The notes under the pieces: model-generated
The model's database searches: none
Seen by the model: only the letters and a program-made list of their open reading frames with translations
What the model was told of the DNA's origin: nothing
Made by a program: the position numbers and the translations under genes
Source of the DNA: Candidatus Latescibacterota bacterium
GTDB lineage: Bacteria > Latescibacterota > UBA2968 > GCA-2709665
Length of the DNA stretch: 64,000 bases
Direction of reading: 5' to 3'
NCBI GenBank assembly: GCA_965208835.1
Contig: OZ242358.1
Location: 1,760,001-1,824,000 of the forward strand
Shown: positions 19,151 to 26,917 of the stretch, piece after piece
Layout of the letters: each line of letters opens with the position of its first letter
Position numbering within the stretch: the stretch's first letter is position 1

Positions 19151-19747
19151 ATGAAACCAGGAAACTGCATCGCCGTCGCCATCGTCCTCGCGTTCGCGGT
19201 CAGCTGCGCGGGACCCAGAGCCTTCACGAAGGGCTCGTACGAAGATCCCAACACCATTGCGCTGCTGGATGACCGGTTCAGCGAAAATGACATGCAACTC
19301 ATCGCGAAGAAGATGATTCAGTCCATGGCCGACAGCGACATTTCCGGCAGCAGCGGCACGCCCGTTGTCATGATCGGAAAAATGCGCAACCGTACAGCGG
19401 AACACATCGACATGACGATGCTTTCCAACAAGGTCCGCACACAGCTCCTCCAGAGCGGCAGGTTTCGTTTCGCCGACGTGGTGAACCGCCGGGACATCGC
19501 CGAGGAGTACGAGTACCAGCAGTCCGGATACGTGGACCCGGACCAGGCCAGGGGTCCCGGCAGCCAGACGGGCGCGGAATACCTGCTGACGGGCACGCTC
19601 ACGGCAAACGTGCAGCAGGTCGGCAAGAACAAACTGGTCTACTACAAGGCGACCTTCCAGCTGACCAATCTGCTTACGTCGGAAATCGCCTGGGCCGACG
19701 AAAAGGAAATCCGGAAGGCTTACAAGAAACGGCATATCGGAATCTGA
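19151..19747 (+). CDS. lpoB: LpoB-family (penicillin-binding protein activator-like) lipoprotein
   Basis: Lipobox AVSC; NRTAEHID, SGRFRF, GAEYLLTG, EIAWADEKEIRK. Confidence 0.8.
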   Translation: MKPGNCIAVAIVLAFAVSCAGPRAFTKGSYEDPNTIALLDDRFSENDMQLIAKKMIQSMADSDISGSSGTPVVMIGKMRNRTAEHIDMTMLSNKVRTQLLQSGRFRFADVVNRRDIAEEYEYQQSGYVDPDQARGPGSQTGAEYLLTGTLTANVQQVGKNKLVYYKATFQLTNLLTSEIAWADEKEIRKAYKKRHIGI

Positions 19748-19797
19748 TCGGCAGGCATTCGGCCCTGTCCCCCGTCAAACCCAAAAGGAGAATCGCC

Positions 19798-20352
19798 ATG
19801 AAAATCGCAAATCTCACCCTGATCTTCACCATCTGCGGCGCACTGGTCTGCCTGCCGCTGGAAGCCGGGGAGTCCGGCAGGACCGACGGCCCGGAAGGCA
19901 GCGAACTGGGCCGGGGCGGCTATCCGTTCGGCGGCCCTGAAGGCCGGTTTTACGTCAGCCCCGCGTTCGGCTCCGGTATATTCGACGGGAACGCGGACGG
20001 CAACCGCACCGGACTGCTCTACAGCCTGAACCTGGGCTACGAGCGGGACGGGTGGCTGGCGATCGAAGGCGGTTATGCGTATCTTTCGGACAGAAAGCTG
20101 TCCATCTACAGCCTGGGTTCACGCCTGGACTACAACGCCGATCCGTTCGTCTATTATTTCTCCACGCAGGCCGGGCTATACAAGCCGGAGGACGGTGAAA
20201 GCAACTTCGGCCTTGCACCGGGCGCGGGCATCGACATCATTCTCAACGACAGGATTCGCCTGGGCCTGAACTACAAGCGGGACTTCATCTTCTCCGACGG
20301 CAGCACGACGGAAATCGACCGGCTGTACGCGGGACTCAAGTTTTATTTCTAA
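19798..20352 (+). CDS. Small outer-membrane beta-barrel protein
   Basis: Signal peptide, alternating beta strands, C-terminal GLKFYF BAM signal. Confidence 0.82.
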   Translation: MKIANLTLIFTICGALVCLPLEAGESGRTDGPEGSELGRGGYPFGGPEGRFYVSPAFGSGIFDGNADGNRTGLLYSLNLGYERDGWLAIEGGYAYLSDRKLSIYSLGSRLDYNADPFVYYFSTQAGLYKPEDGESNFGLAPGAGIDIILNDRIRLGLNYKRDFIFSDGSTTEIDRLYAGLKFYF

Positions 20353-20379
20353 GCAACGGCATTGAACGTCAATGCAAGC

Positions 20380-20416
20380 AAACGGGCTGCCGGGCTCTTT
20401 CACCGGCAGCCCGTTT
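20380..20416 (+). terminator. Terminator hairpin ending the lipoprotein operon
   Basis: 14-bp perfect stem aaacgggctgccgg/ccggcagcccgttt. Confidence 0.7.
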
Positions 20417-20514
20417 CGCTTGATGCGTTTGCATTGCCACGTGTCGACCGATTGGTTACCTTTGAACGGCTGGCGGGCAGGAGGGGCGGCGTTCGGCTAT
20501 CGAGGCTCCGGTTC

Positions 20515-21747
20515 ATGATCATTCGAGATCCAATCCACGGTGACATCCGGTTTGGCGAAGTGGAACGCCGGCTGATGGATACCCGTCAGTTTCAGCGGCT
20601 GCGGGGCATCCGGCAGACGGGTACGGCGCATCTCGTTTACCCGGGGTGTACGCATACCCGGTTCGAACACTCCCTGGGCACCGCCGCAATGGCGAGGCAT
20701 ATCACTGGCGTCCTCCGGGAATCCGGGACCGACGTGAGCCCCGAGCAGGAAACCACGGTTGTTCTGGCGGCTCTCGTACACGACGTGTCTCATTTCCCGT
20801 TCGGCCATACCTTCGAAGACGAACGCAAGCTGTTTCCGCGCCACGATTCGGCGGAACGGATGCGAAATGCGCTCTCACAGGACGAACTGGCGAGTGCACT
20901 CGACGCGTCGGGTCAGAGAGAACAGGTGGTCGCCCTGCTGACCGAGCGCGGTTTCGATCCGCCCTGGATGAGGCAGATCGTTAGCAGCACAGTCGACGCG
21001 GACCTGCTGGACTACCTCCGCCGCGACGCGTATTTCGCGGGCTTGAAGCATGATTACGACGACCGCATTCTGAGTACCTTCACCGTTGCCGACAACAAGC
21101 TCGCTATCAACCTAGAGAAACTCAGCACACGGACGGAATTGCTGCACCTTCTCCGCCTTCGTTATTTTCTCACCGAACGTGTCTATTTTCACCATGCGAA
21201 AGTCGCGTCCGGCACGATGATCGCCAAGGCCGTGGAACTGGCCGTGCAACTTGGCCTTCGGGAAGAGGACATTCAGACCCATACCGACGGCGCGCTTCTT
21301 CGTTCTCTCGTCGCTCGAAAGGACGAGCGCATCGAACGCCTGGTCCGCGGCGTGGTCTACCGCGATCTTCTGAAGCGGGCATACGTGTTGTCCACCGGAG
21401 AAATCGGTCGGCGCGCCAGGGATGAACTGATCGCCTCGTACACCAGGTCCGTCGAGTCCAGACAGCGGGTGGAACGCGAAATCGCGGACGCCATCGTCGT
21501 CGAGCCCGATCAGGTTATCCTGTACTGTCCGGACATTTCCTCCATCAAGGAGGCGAGGGTCTTTACGAAAACGAAGACCGGCGTTCGGCGCCTCAACGAA
21601 CCCCTCGACAGTCCGCCGTTTGACGTCAAGGCGGTCGAGGACCAGTACGAACGCCTCTGGAAGCTGTACGTCTTTGTCCCCGACGGCTACCAGGAACGCG
21701 CCGGCAAGGTCTGTGAACGCCTTTTCGGAGAGAAGAACGCCCTCTAG
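20515..21747 (+). CDS. HD-domain phosphohydrolase (COG1078, SAMHD1/dNTPase-like)
   Basis: IRDPIHG, QRLR.I.Q.G, HTRFEHSLG, LVHDVSH.PFGH, DADLLDYL.RD, VYFHH. Confidence 0.9.
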   Translation: MIIRDPIHGDIRFGEVERRLMDTRQFQRLRGIRQTGTAHLVYPGCTHTRFEHSLGTAAMARHITGVLRESGTDVSPEQETTVVLAALVHDVSHFPFGHTFEDERKLFPRHDSAERMRNALSQDELASALDASGQREQVVALLTERGFDPPWMRQIVSSTVDADLLDYLRRDAYFAGLKHDYDDRILSTFTVADNKLAINLEKLSTRTELLHLLRLRYFLTERVYFHHAKVASGTMIAKAVELAVQLGLREEDIQTHTDGALLRSLVARKDERIERLVRGVVYRDLLKRAYVLSTGEIGRRARDELIASYTRSVESRQRVEREIADAIVVEPDQVILYCPDISSIKEARVFTKTKTGVRRLNEPLDSPPFDVKAVEDQYERLWKLYVFVPDGYQERAGKVCERLFGEKNAL

Positions 21748-21770
21748 TGCCATTTATCCGATATTGCTCG

Positions 21771-22295
21771 TCATCCGCGATCCCGCCGCTGGCCGGGATG
21801 TCTCACGTCGCGGAAGAGTGGGAGTTCGTCCGCCGTCCTGTCTTCCATGCGCTTGTGGCACGGCCGGCAGACCGAGATCAGATTGTCCGGGCGGTTGGCC
21901 GCAGCGGCCGATGCGAACAACCGGACAGGTATCTTGTGATGGACGTCAAGTTGCCGTCCCAGCGTCTCCTCCGCAACGCCACAGTTCCGGCACCGGAAAC
22001 CGTCCCGTTCTCTCGCCAGCGCGGCCCGCACCTTCCAGTTCCCGCCCCTGAATTGCGGTCGGCCCGTCAAGACCAGGCGTTCCTCGACGTCCGGAAGCAG
22101 GGATGCCCACGCCTCAAGGCAGGATTTGCTGCAGAAGTGCAGCCGGATTCCTGTCGGGTCAGACCACTGCGGGAAGCCAAATCGGTTTCCGCACTGTTCG
22201 CACCGCGCCGGGACCGTCCGTACCCGGGGCCTCGGCAGACCATCCGGGAAACGCAGTTGCAACTGGTTCAGGCATACTGGAATGTTGCGTCCCAT
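21771..22295 (-). CDS. HNH endonuclease with N-terminal Zn finger; start uncertain (22295 or 22337)
   Basis: CEQCG..F...FCSKSC; ERDGFRCRNCG...LDVHH..P...N...NLISVCRPCH. Confidence 0.82.
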   Translation of the reverse strand: MGRNIPVCLNQLQLRFPDGLPRPRVRTVPARCEQCGNRFGFPQWSDPTGIRLHFCSKSCLEAWASLLPDVEERLVLTGRPQFRGGNWKVRAALARERDGFRCRNCGVAEETLGRQLDVHHKIPVRLFASAAAANRPDNLISVCRPCHKRMEDRTADELPLFRDVRHPGQRRDRG

Positions 22296-22461
22296 ACGTA
22301 CCCACCCGGGCTTAATCCAGGACCGCTCAATACCCATTCCGACAACCGCACCGATATCCAAAAACCGGAATAACACATTGACTATAAGCGTGTTATGGAA
22401 TAAAGTCAAATTGGGACTCCATGCCGGCCGGCTTAACTCTCGATCCAGATCACAGAGGTTA

Positions 22462-22654
22462 GCCTCAATCCAAAGAATACAGTAACGCGGCGACGCGATA
22501 AAACCCTCCGAAACGGGGCAATATCGACGTATAGAATGACGTTTTTTCCCTTCACGTCCAGTGACCCGGTGTATCCTGGTAATCCGCCGTTTAATCGCCT
22601 TTATTTACTAGCACATATTCGAATTGACGTCCCCGAAGACTTATGAATCAAGGT
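22462..22654. mobile_element. MITE family A, copy 1 (about 193 bp)
   Basis: Collinear high-identity match to 53385-53576; imperfect TIRs; flanked by TA on both sides. Confidence 0.85.
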
Positions 22655-22664
22655 TAGATCCGCC

Positions 22665-24275
22665 ATGGCGCAGGTAACGTCGACCGACCGGACGTTAGCT
22701 TCCGGCATCCGTAGGTGCGCTCCCAGGGGCCGCCGGCGTCTGATTCACACCAGCGACACGGGTTCGCATTTCGGAAAGGGTACCTTCCTCTTCGGCGATC
22801 CGGCCGAACCCGGCCATCTCCGGGAGTGGATACGGAACGTTGCTGCCGGAGGCGCCGACACCTATGTCCCGGAAGTGTATTTCGACGGCCTCATCGCGTA
22901 CTACCGAAGCAGTAGATGCCCGAACTGGCGCTCGCCGGCGTTCGGACGATTCGACGCGATGATGGACGGCGGCGTGATGCCCCTGGAAATATTCGTCGAC
23001 GAAGCCCGAAACCAGGGTATCGAGCTGCTCGCGGGCTTCCGGATGAACGATCGCCACGGCGTCAACAGACCCTTTTTCGAAGCGAATCCCGGGTGGATTC
23101 TGAAGGACCTCGGCCATGGCGTTGACTACTCGCTGCCCGACGTGCGGGACTGGGTCTTCTCAATCCTGGAGGAGGTGCCCGGCAGATTCGACGTTGACGG
23201 AATCGAACTCAATTTTGTCCGCCATGGGTACTGTTTTCCGCCGTCCGAGGCCCGCAGCCGGCATCCGGTGATGTCCGACTTCATGCGGCGACTGCGGGCG
23301 ATGCTGGACAGGAACGGCGAAAAGACGGGCCGCCGTCTCCTTCTGGGCGTAAGGGTGCCCACGACTCTGGATGAATGCCGGCACTTCGGGTTCGACGTAC
23401 CCGCGTGGGTCGGGGAAGGGCTCGTCGACTACGTTGCGCCCACCGACTATCACTACACCGATTTCAACATGAAGGTGGACGAATTTGCCCGTGTTGTCCG
23501 CGGCGCCGACAGCTGTTACCTGTATCCCGCCATTCAGGCCGACGTGCCGGGAAACTGCGCAATCATGTCGCTGGACAACTACCGCGCCGCCGTCCGCAAC
23601 TTCTATGAATCCGGCGCCGACGGGATTTCCACCCACAACTACGATGTCTATATGTGGGGCCAGCTACGCAGCAGGAGCTATCCCGGACCCGCGGACATGT
23701 ACCCCGGGGCGTTGGGGTACTTCAACACCCTCAAGGACCCTGATGCGGTTGCCGGTGGAGACAGGCACTATCTATTCCTGCCGCTCTGGGCGCACGAACT
23801 CCACCCGAAGGGCTACCGGAACATCGTCATCCCGCATCCCCGCGCAACCGTGAGCGAGTCGGGCGCGAGCGCGGAATTTCCTTTCCGGATCTGCGAGCAC
23901 CTGCCGGAAGAGGCCGACCTGCCCCTGGACGAGCGCGGCGTATACGCGGGCACATTCAACCGTGCCGGCAAACCTCCGGGCGCCTGGCTGGTTTTCAGAG
24001 CCATCGGAAAGAGACCCGAGGATGAGATTGCCGTAACGCTCAATGCCCGGGAGATTCCGGCCGGCGCGATCAGGTCGATCTGGCATCCGCAAGGCCGACC
24101 GGCGTGGGAGGGGCGTCCACTGGCGCCATACACTGAATTCCGCGTCAGTCTGACGTCGCCGCCCGCAATCCACGGAGACAATACCCTGGGCATCAGGCTG
24201 GTCGAGAAGAATCGCGCCGAAACCTGCGACATTACGGTAGACGAAGTCGAGGTCGTCGTCAACGTCGTGGACTGA
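22665..24275 (+). CDS. Glycoside hydrolase-like TIM-barrel protein (GHL10/DUF187-like)
   Basis: FRMNDRH, DYS.PDVRD, FDVDGIELNFVRH, W..EGLVDY. Confidence 0.75.
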   Translation: MAQVTSTDRTLASGIRRCAPRGRRRLIHTSDTGSHFGKGTFLFGDPAEPGHLREWIRNVAAGGADTYVPEVYFDGLIAYYRSSRCPNWRSPAFGRFDAMMDGGVMPLEIFVDEARNQGIELLAGFRMNDRHGVNRPFFEANPGWILKDLGHGVDYSLPDVRDWVFSILEEVPGRFDVDGIELNFVRHGYCFPPSEARSRHPVMSDFMRRLRAMLDRNGEKTGRRLLLGVRVPTTLDECRHFGFDVPAWVGEGLVDYVAPTDYHYTDFNMKVDEFARVVRGADSCYLYPAIQADVPGNCAIMSLDNYRAAVRNFYESGADGISTHNYDVYMWGQLRSRSYPGPADMYPGALGYFNTLKDPDAVAGGDRHYLFLPLWAHELHPKGYRNIVIPHPRATVSESGASAEFPFRICEHLPEEADLPLDERGVYAGTFNRAGKPPGAWLVFRAIGKRPEDEIAVTLNAREIPAGAIRSIWHPQGRPAWEGRPLAPYTEFRVSLTSPPAIHGDNTLGIRLVEKNRAETCDITVDEVEVVVNVVD

Positions 24276-24324
24276 CCGCCGTCATCCAAAGGTGAAGGCA
24301 CAAGCAGACAAGAGGAATCCGGTC

Positions 24325-25512
24325 ATGCCCGTACCGGACATCTACACGGAAACAAGAATCTCCATGCTCACGCCCGAACTCAGGCAGAGGGTGAGGGACA
24401 ACCTTGTAACCTCGCAGTTCACGAAGGCGGGATGCACCCGGCCCGACGGAAAGGATTGGCCGGCATGGTTCGACCAGGCACCGATCCGGCGAATTCGTGT
24501 GGCGACAGGTTCGCGGGCGTTCGGTACCTACAATCATCAGGCCGGAATCTGCAGGTGGCGTGGAAAATACTGGTACGTCTTCTCCAACGGACGCGTGGAC
24601 GAAGAGGCGCCCGGCCAGCGGACCCTGATTACACACAGCGAGGATCTGGCCGCATGGTCACGGCCGGGTTGCGTGGCGCCCGGCGACGTCCAGGGAAGGA
24701 TGTGGCGAAATACCGGTGGAATCATGGGTTACGACGACCGTCTCGTCGTATTCGTGCAGACGAAAACCGGGGGCGGCGTGGCTCGCAGGCCGGGGATGAG
24801 CGCGAGAGACGAAAGCAGGATAACCTGCGGCGTCGGACTCTGCGTGTCTGCTGACGGTGAGAGCTGGACGGAGCGCGACGTCGCCGAGGACTGCTACTGG
24901 TTCGAGGCGCCGCGGCTGACGCGGGAGGGCAGGCTTCTGTGCGCCGGGTCACGGCGAGGACACCCGATCGTGTTCCTCTGGCCCGGAGAGAATCCTCTGG
25001 ATCGTCCCGAGGTCGTGGAGATCCCCTTCGACGGTTCGCGGGGGATGGATTCGGGACGGTTTCCGTACGGAGAAGCATCGTGGTACGAAACGGACGAGGG
25101 CGCGATATTCATGTTCCACCGGAACGAGACGGACGAGATGAGGCTGCGCGTGGCGGTCAGCGAGGACGGCGGCCGAAGCTGGACACCGCCCATGCTGTCG
25201 AATATTCCCGACTCGAAATCCCGCGTCAGTGCGGGACGCCTGACCGACGGTCGTTTTTTTCTTATCAACAACGCCATTGCCGACCTGCTGAACCGGGTGC
25301 CCCTGATGATTTCCATTTCGTCGGACGGCGTGAAATTCGAGCGACAATACTTTCTGATCAACGAAACCACCGCCATTGCGTTTCCTGGCGCGCTCAAGGC
25401 GCACGGCCACCAGTATCCCTGCGCGCTGGTCGAGCAGGACCGGCTGATCGTGGCCTACTCTGTCAACAAGGAACACATGGAACTCCTCACCGTGGAACCG
25501 AGCGACCTGTAA
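24325..25512 (+). CDS. BNR/Asp-box (sialidase-like) beta-propeller protein
   Basis: Asp boxes SEDLAAWS, SADGESWT, SEDGGRSWT, SSDGVKF; C-terminal QYP and YSVNKE; SD GAGGA before ATG 24325. Confidence 0.8.
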   Translation: MPVPDIYTETRISMLTPELRQRVRDNLVTSQFTKAGCTRPDGKDWPAWFDQAPIRRIRVATGSRAFGTYNHQAGICRWRGKYWYVFSNGRVDEEAPGQRTLITHSEDLAAWSRPGCVAPGDVQGRMWRNTGGIMGYDDRLVVFVQTKTGGGVARRPGMSARDESRITCGVGLCVSADGESWTERDVAEDCYWFEAPRLTREGRLLCAGSRRGHPIVFLWPGENPLDRPEVVEIPFDGSRGMDSGRFPYGEASWYETDEGAIFMFHRNETDEMRLRVAVSEDGGRSWTPPMLSNIPDSKSRVSAGRLTDGRFFLINNAIADLLNRVPLMISISSDGVKFERQYFLINETTAIAFPGALKAHGHQYPCALVEQDRLIVAYSVNKEHMELLTVEPSDL

Positions 25513-25526
25513 AGCCGCCGAATCGC

Positions 25527-26168
25527 TCAATCGTTCAGCCGAAACCGGATGGGCATCGACATCTTCACCGCGACCAACCGGTCGTTCTGAACGGCAGGCT
25601 CGAACACGAACTGCGAAACCGCCTCGATCGCCGCTTTCCTGAAGATCTCCGGTCCTCGTACGGCACGGACCTGTCTGACGCTCCCGTCTGCGCCCACCGT
25701 GAACGCAACGAACACTACCCCCTCCAGCCCGGCTTTCCTCGCCAATTCAGGGTAGACCGGCATCGTGAAACGGGTCAGCGAGGGTTTCTGCTCAACTCTC
25801 CAGAATTCCAGGACCCCCTCATCGACGGGCGCAGTCTCGTGACGCGCCGGCGGCGACAGCTCCACGGGAACACGATCCAGGTCCAGTTCGGTCAATTCAA
25901 TGGTCACATCTTCGGGCACCTCGTCGGCATCCGCTTCAATCGGCATTGAGGGCCGCTTGGGGTCAGGACGTCTCGGATGCCGGATTTCGGGAATTGGCTC
26001 GACAATGATCACCTCGGTGCGGCGCACCCGCGCCGGTGTGTCCATCTCGAAAGTTGGAAACATCACTGCGAGGACCAGAAGAAACACGACGGAGATCCCG
26101 ACACTCCGTGCCATCACCTTCGGGTACGCCAGCTTCAGATCCGCTTCGGGATGCTTATAACGCAACAT
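25527..26168 (-). CDS. tonB: Energy transducer TonB
   Basis: N-terminal TM, Pro-rich linker, YPELARKAGLEGVV.V.FTV..DG, F.PA.Q....V...PIRF. Confidence 0.9.
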   Translation of the reverse strand: MLRYKHPEADLKLAYPKVMARSVGISVVFLLVLAVMFPTFEMDTPARVRRTEVIIVEPIPEIRHPRRPDPKRPSMPIEADADEVPEDVTIELTELDLDRVPVELSPPARHETAPVDEGVLEFWRVEQKPSLTRFTMPVYPELARKAGLEGVVFVAFTVGADGSVRQVRAVRGPEIFRKAAIEAVSQFVFEPAVQNDRLVAVKMSMPIRFRLND

Positions 26169-26229
26169 CGTCGGCCTCCTTTCAGGTTGTATGTTAACCG
26201 TGACAGGTTGATTTTCCGTTCACCGTCTC

Positions 26230-26802
26230 TCACCTGATATCCAGAATGCGCCTGAGTTTCTCGCCCCAGAGAGCCAGCTTGAGGGAAACGTAGGATCCTC
26301 CAACCATCCGGTCTCTCAACACTCCGAACCGATCCACAAGAAACGTCGTCGGAATGGCATCGACGCCGTACTGCCTTCTGGCCTTGTGTGCTTCATCAAT
26401 CAAGGTGATGAAGTCGTAGTCCCTCTCCATCACAAAATGACGAGCGATGTCCAGAGATTCAATGTTAACGGCCATTACTACAAGGTCGAGACCCGTCTCT
26501 GACACGTGCGCCTGGTTCAGGTGCGGCAGCGAATCAACACACGGTCCGCACCACGTCGCCCAGAAATCAATAAGAACGGTCTTGCCCACATAATCGCTGA
26601 GCCGTACGAAATTACCGTCGATGTCGTGGAGGACAAGATCGGGCGCTCTCTTCTTCAGTTCGGCTGCCGCCTCTCCGTCCGCACCCACGGACACAGGGAT
26701 CTTTCAAGGAAAGGCAGTATAGATGTAGAACATGTGGCCGAGAACCAGTATCGCGAGAACGGCATTGATGCGCTTCAGCGGAAACCCTTTCGCTGGTCTC
26801 AT
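26230..26802 (-). CDS. Membrane-anchored TlpA/ResA-like thiol-disulfide oxidoreductase with in-frame TGA at codon 33 (candidate selenoprotein, or nonsense allele)
   Basis: SD AAGGA + ATG 26802; MRPAKGFPLKRINAVLAILVLGHMFYIYTAFP*KIPVSV... continues in frame into FWATWCGPC...IPTTFLVDR.G. TGA at 26706-26704. Confidence 0.75.
26670..26698 (-). promoter_or_regulatory. SECIS-like mRNA hairpin downstream of the in-frame UGA
   Basis: UGA-AAGAU-CCCUG-UGUCCGU[GGGU]GCGGACG-GAGAGG. Upper stem 7 bp; apical loop starts with G, 18 nt after UGA. Confidence 0.5.
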
Positions 26803-26857
26803 CGCATTCCTTTGCGGCTTCTAGGCCCGTCCGCACGCGGGCAGACCCAGACAGTGA

Positions 26858-26871
26858 ATTAACGAATTAAT
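26858..26871. promoter_or_regulatory. ATTAA-N4-TTAAT palindrome upstream of the TlpA gene (putative BlaI operator)
   Basis: attaa-cgaa-ttaat; same box at 29701-29714 and 29745-29758. Confidence 0.55.
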
Positions 26872-26917
26872 ATTTGGATTTAAAAAAACGGACGAGTATC
26901 CTCTGCCCGGGCGGATG

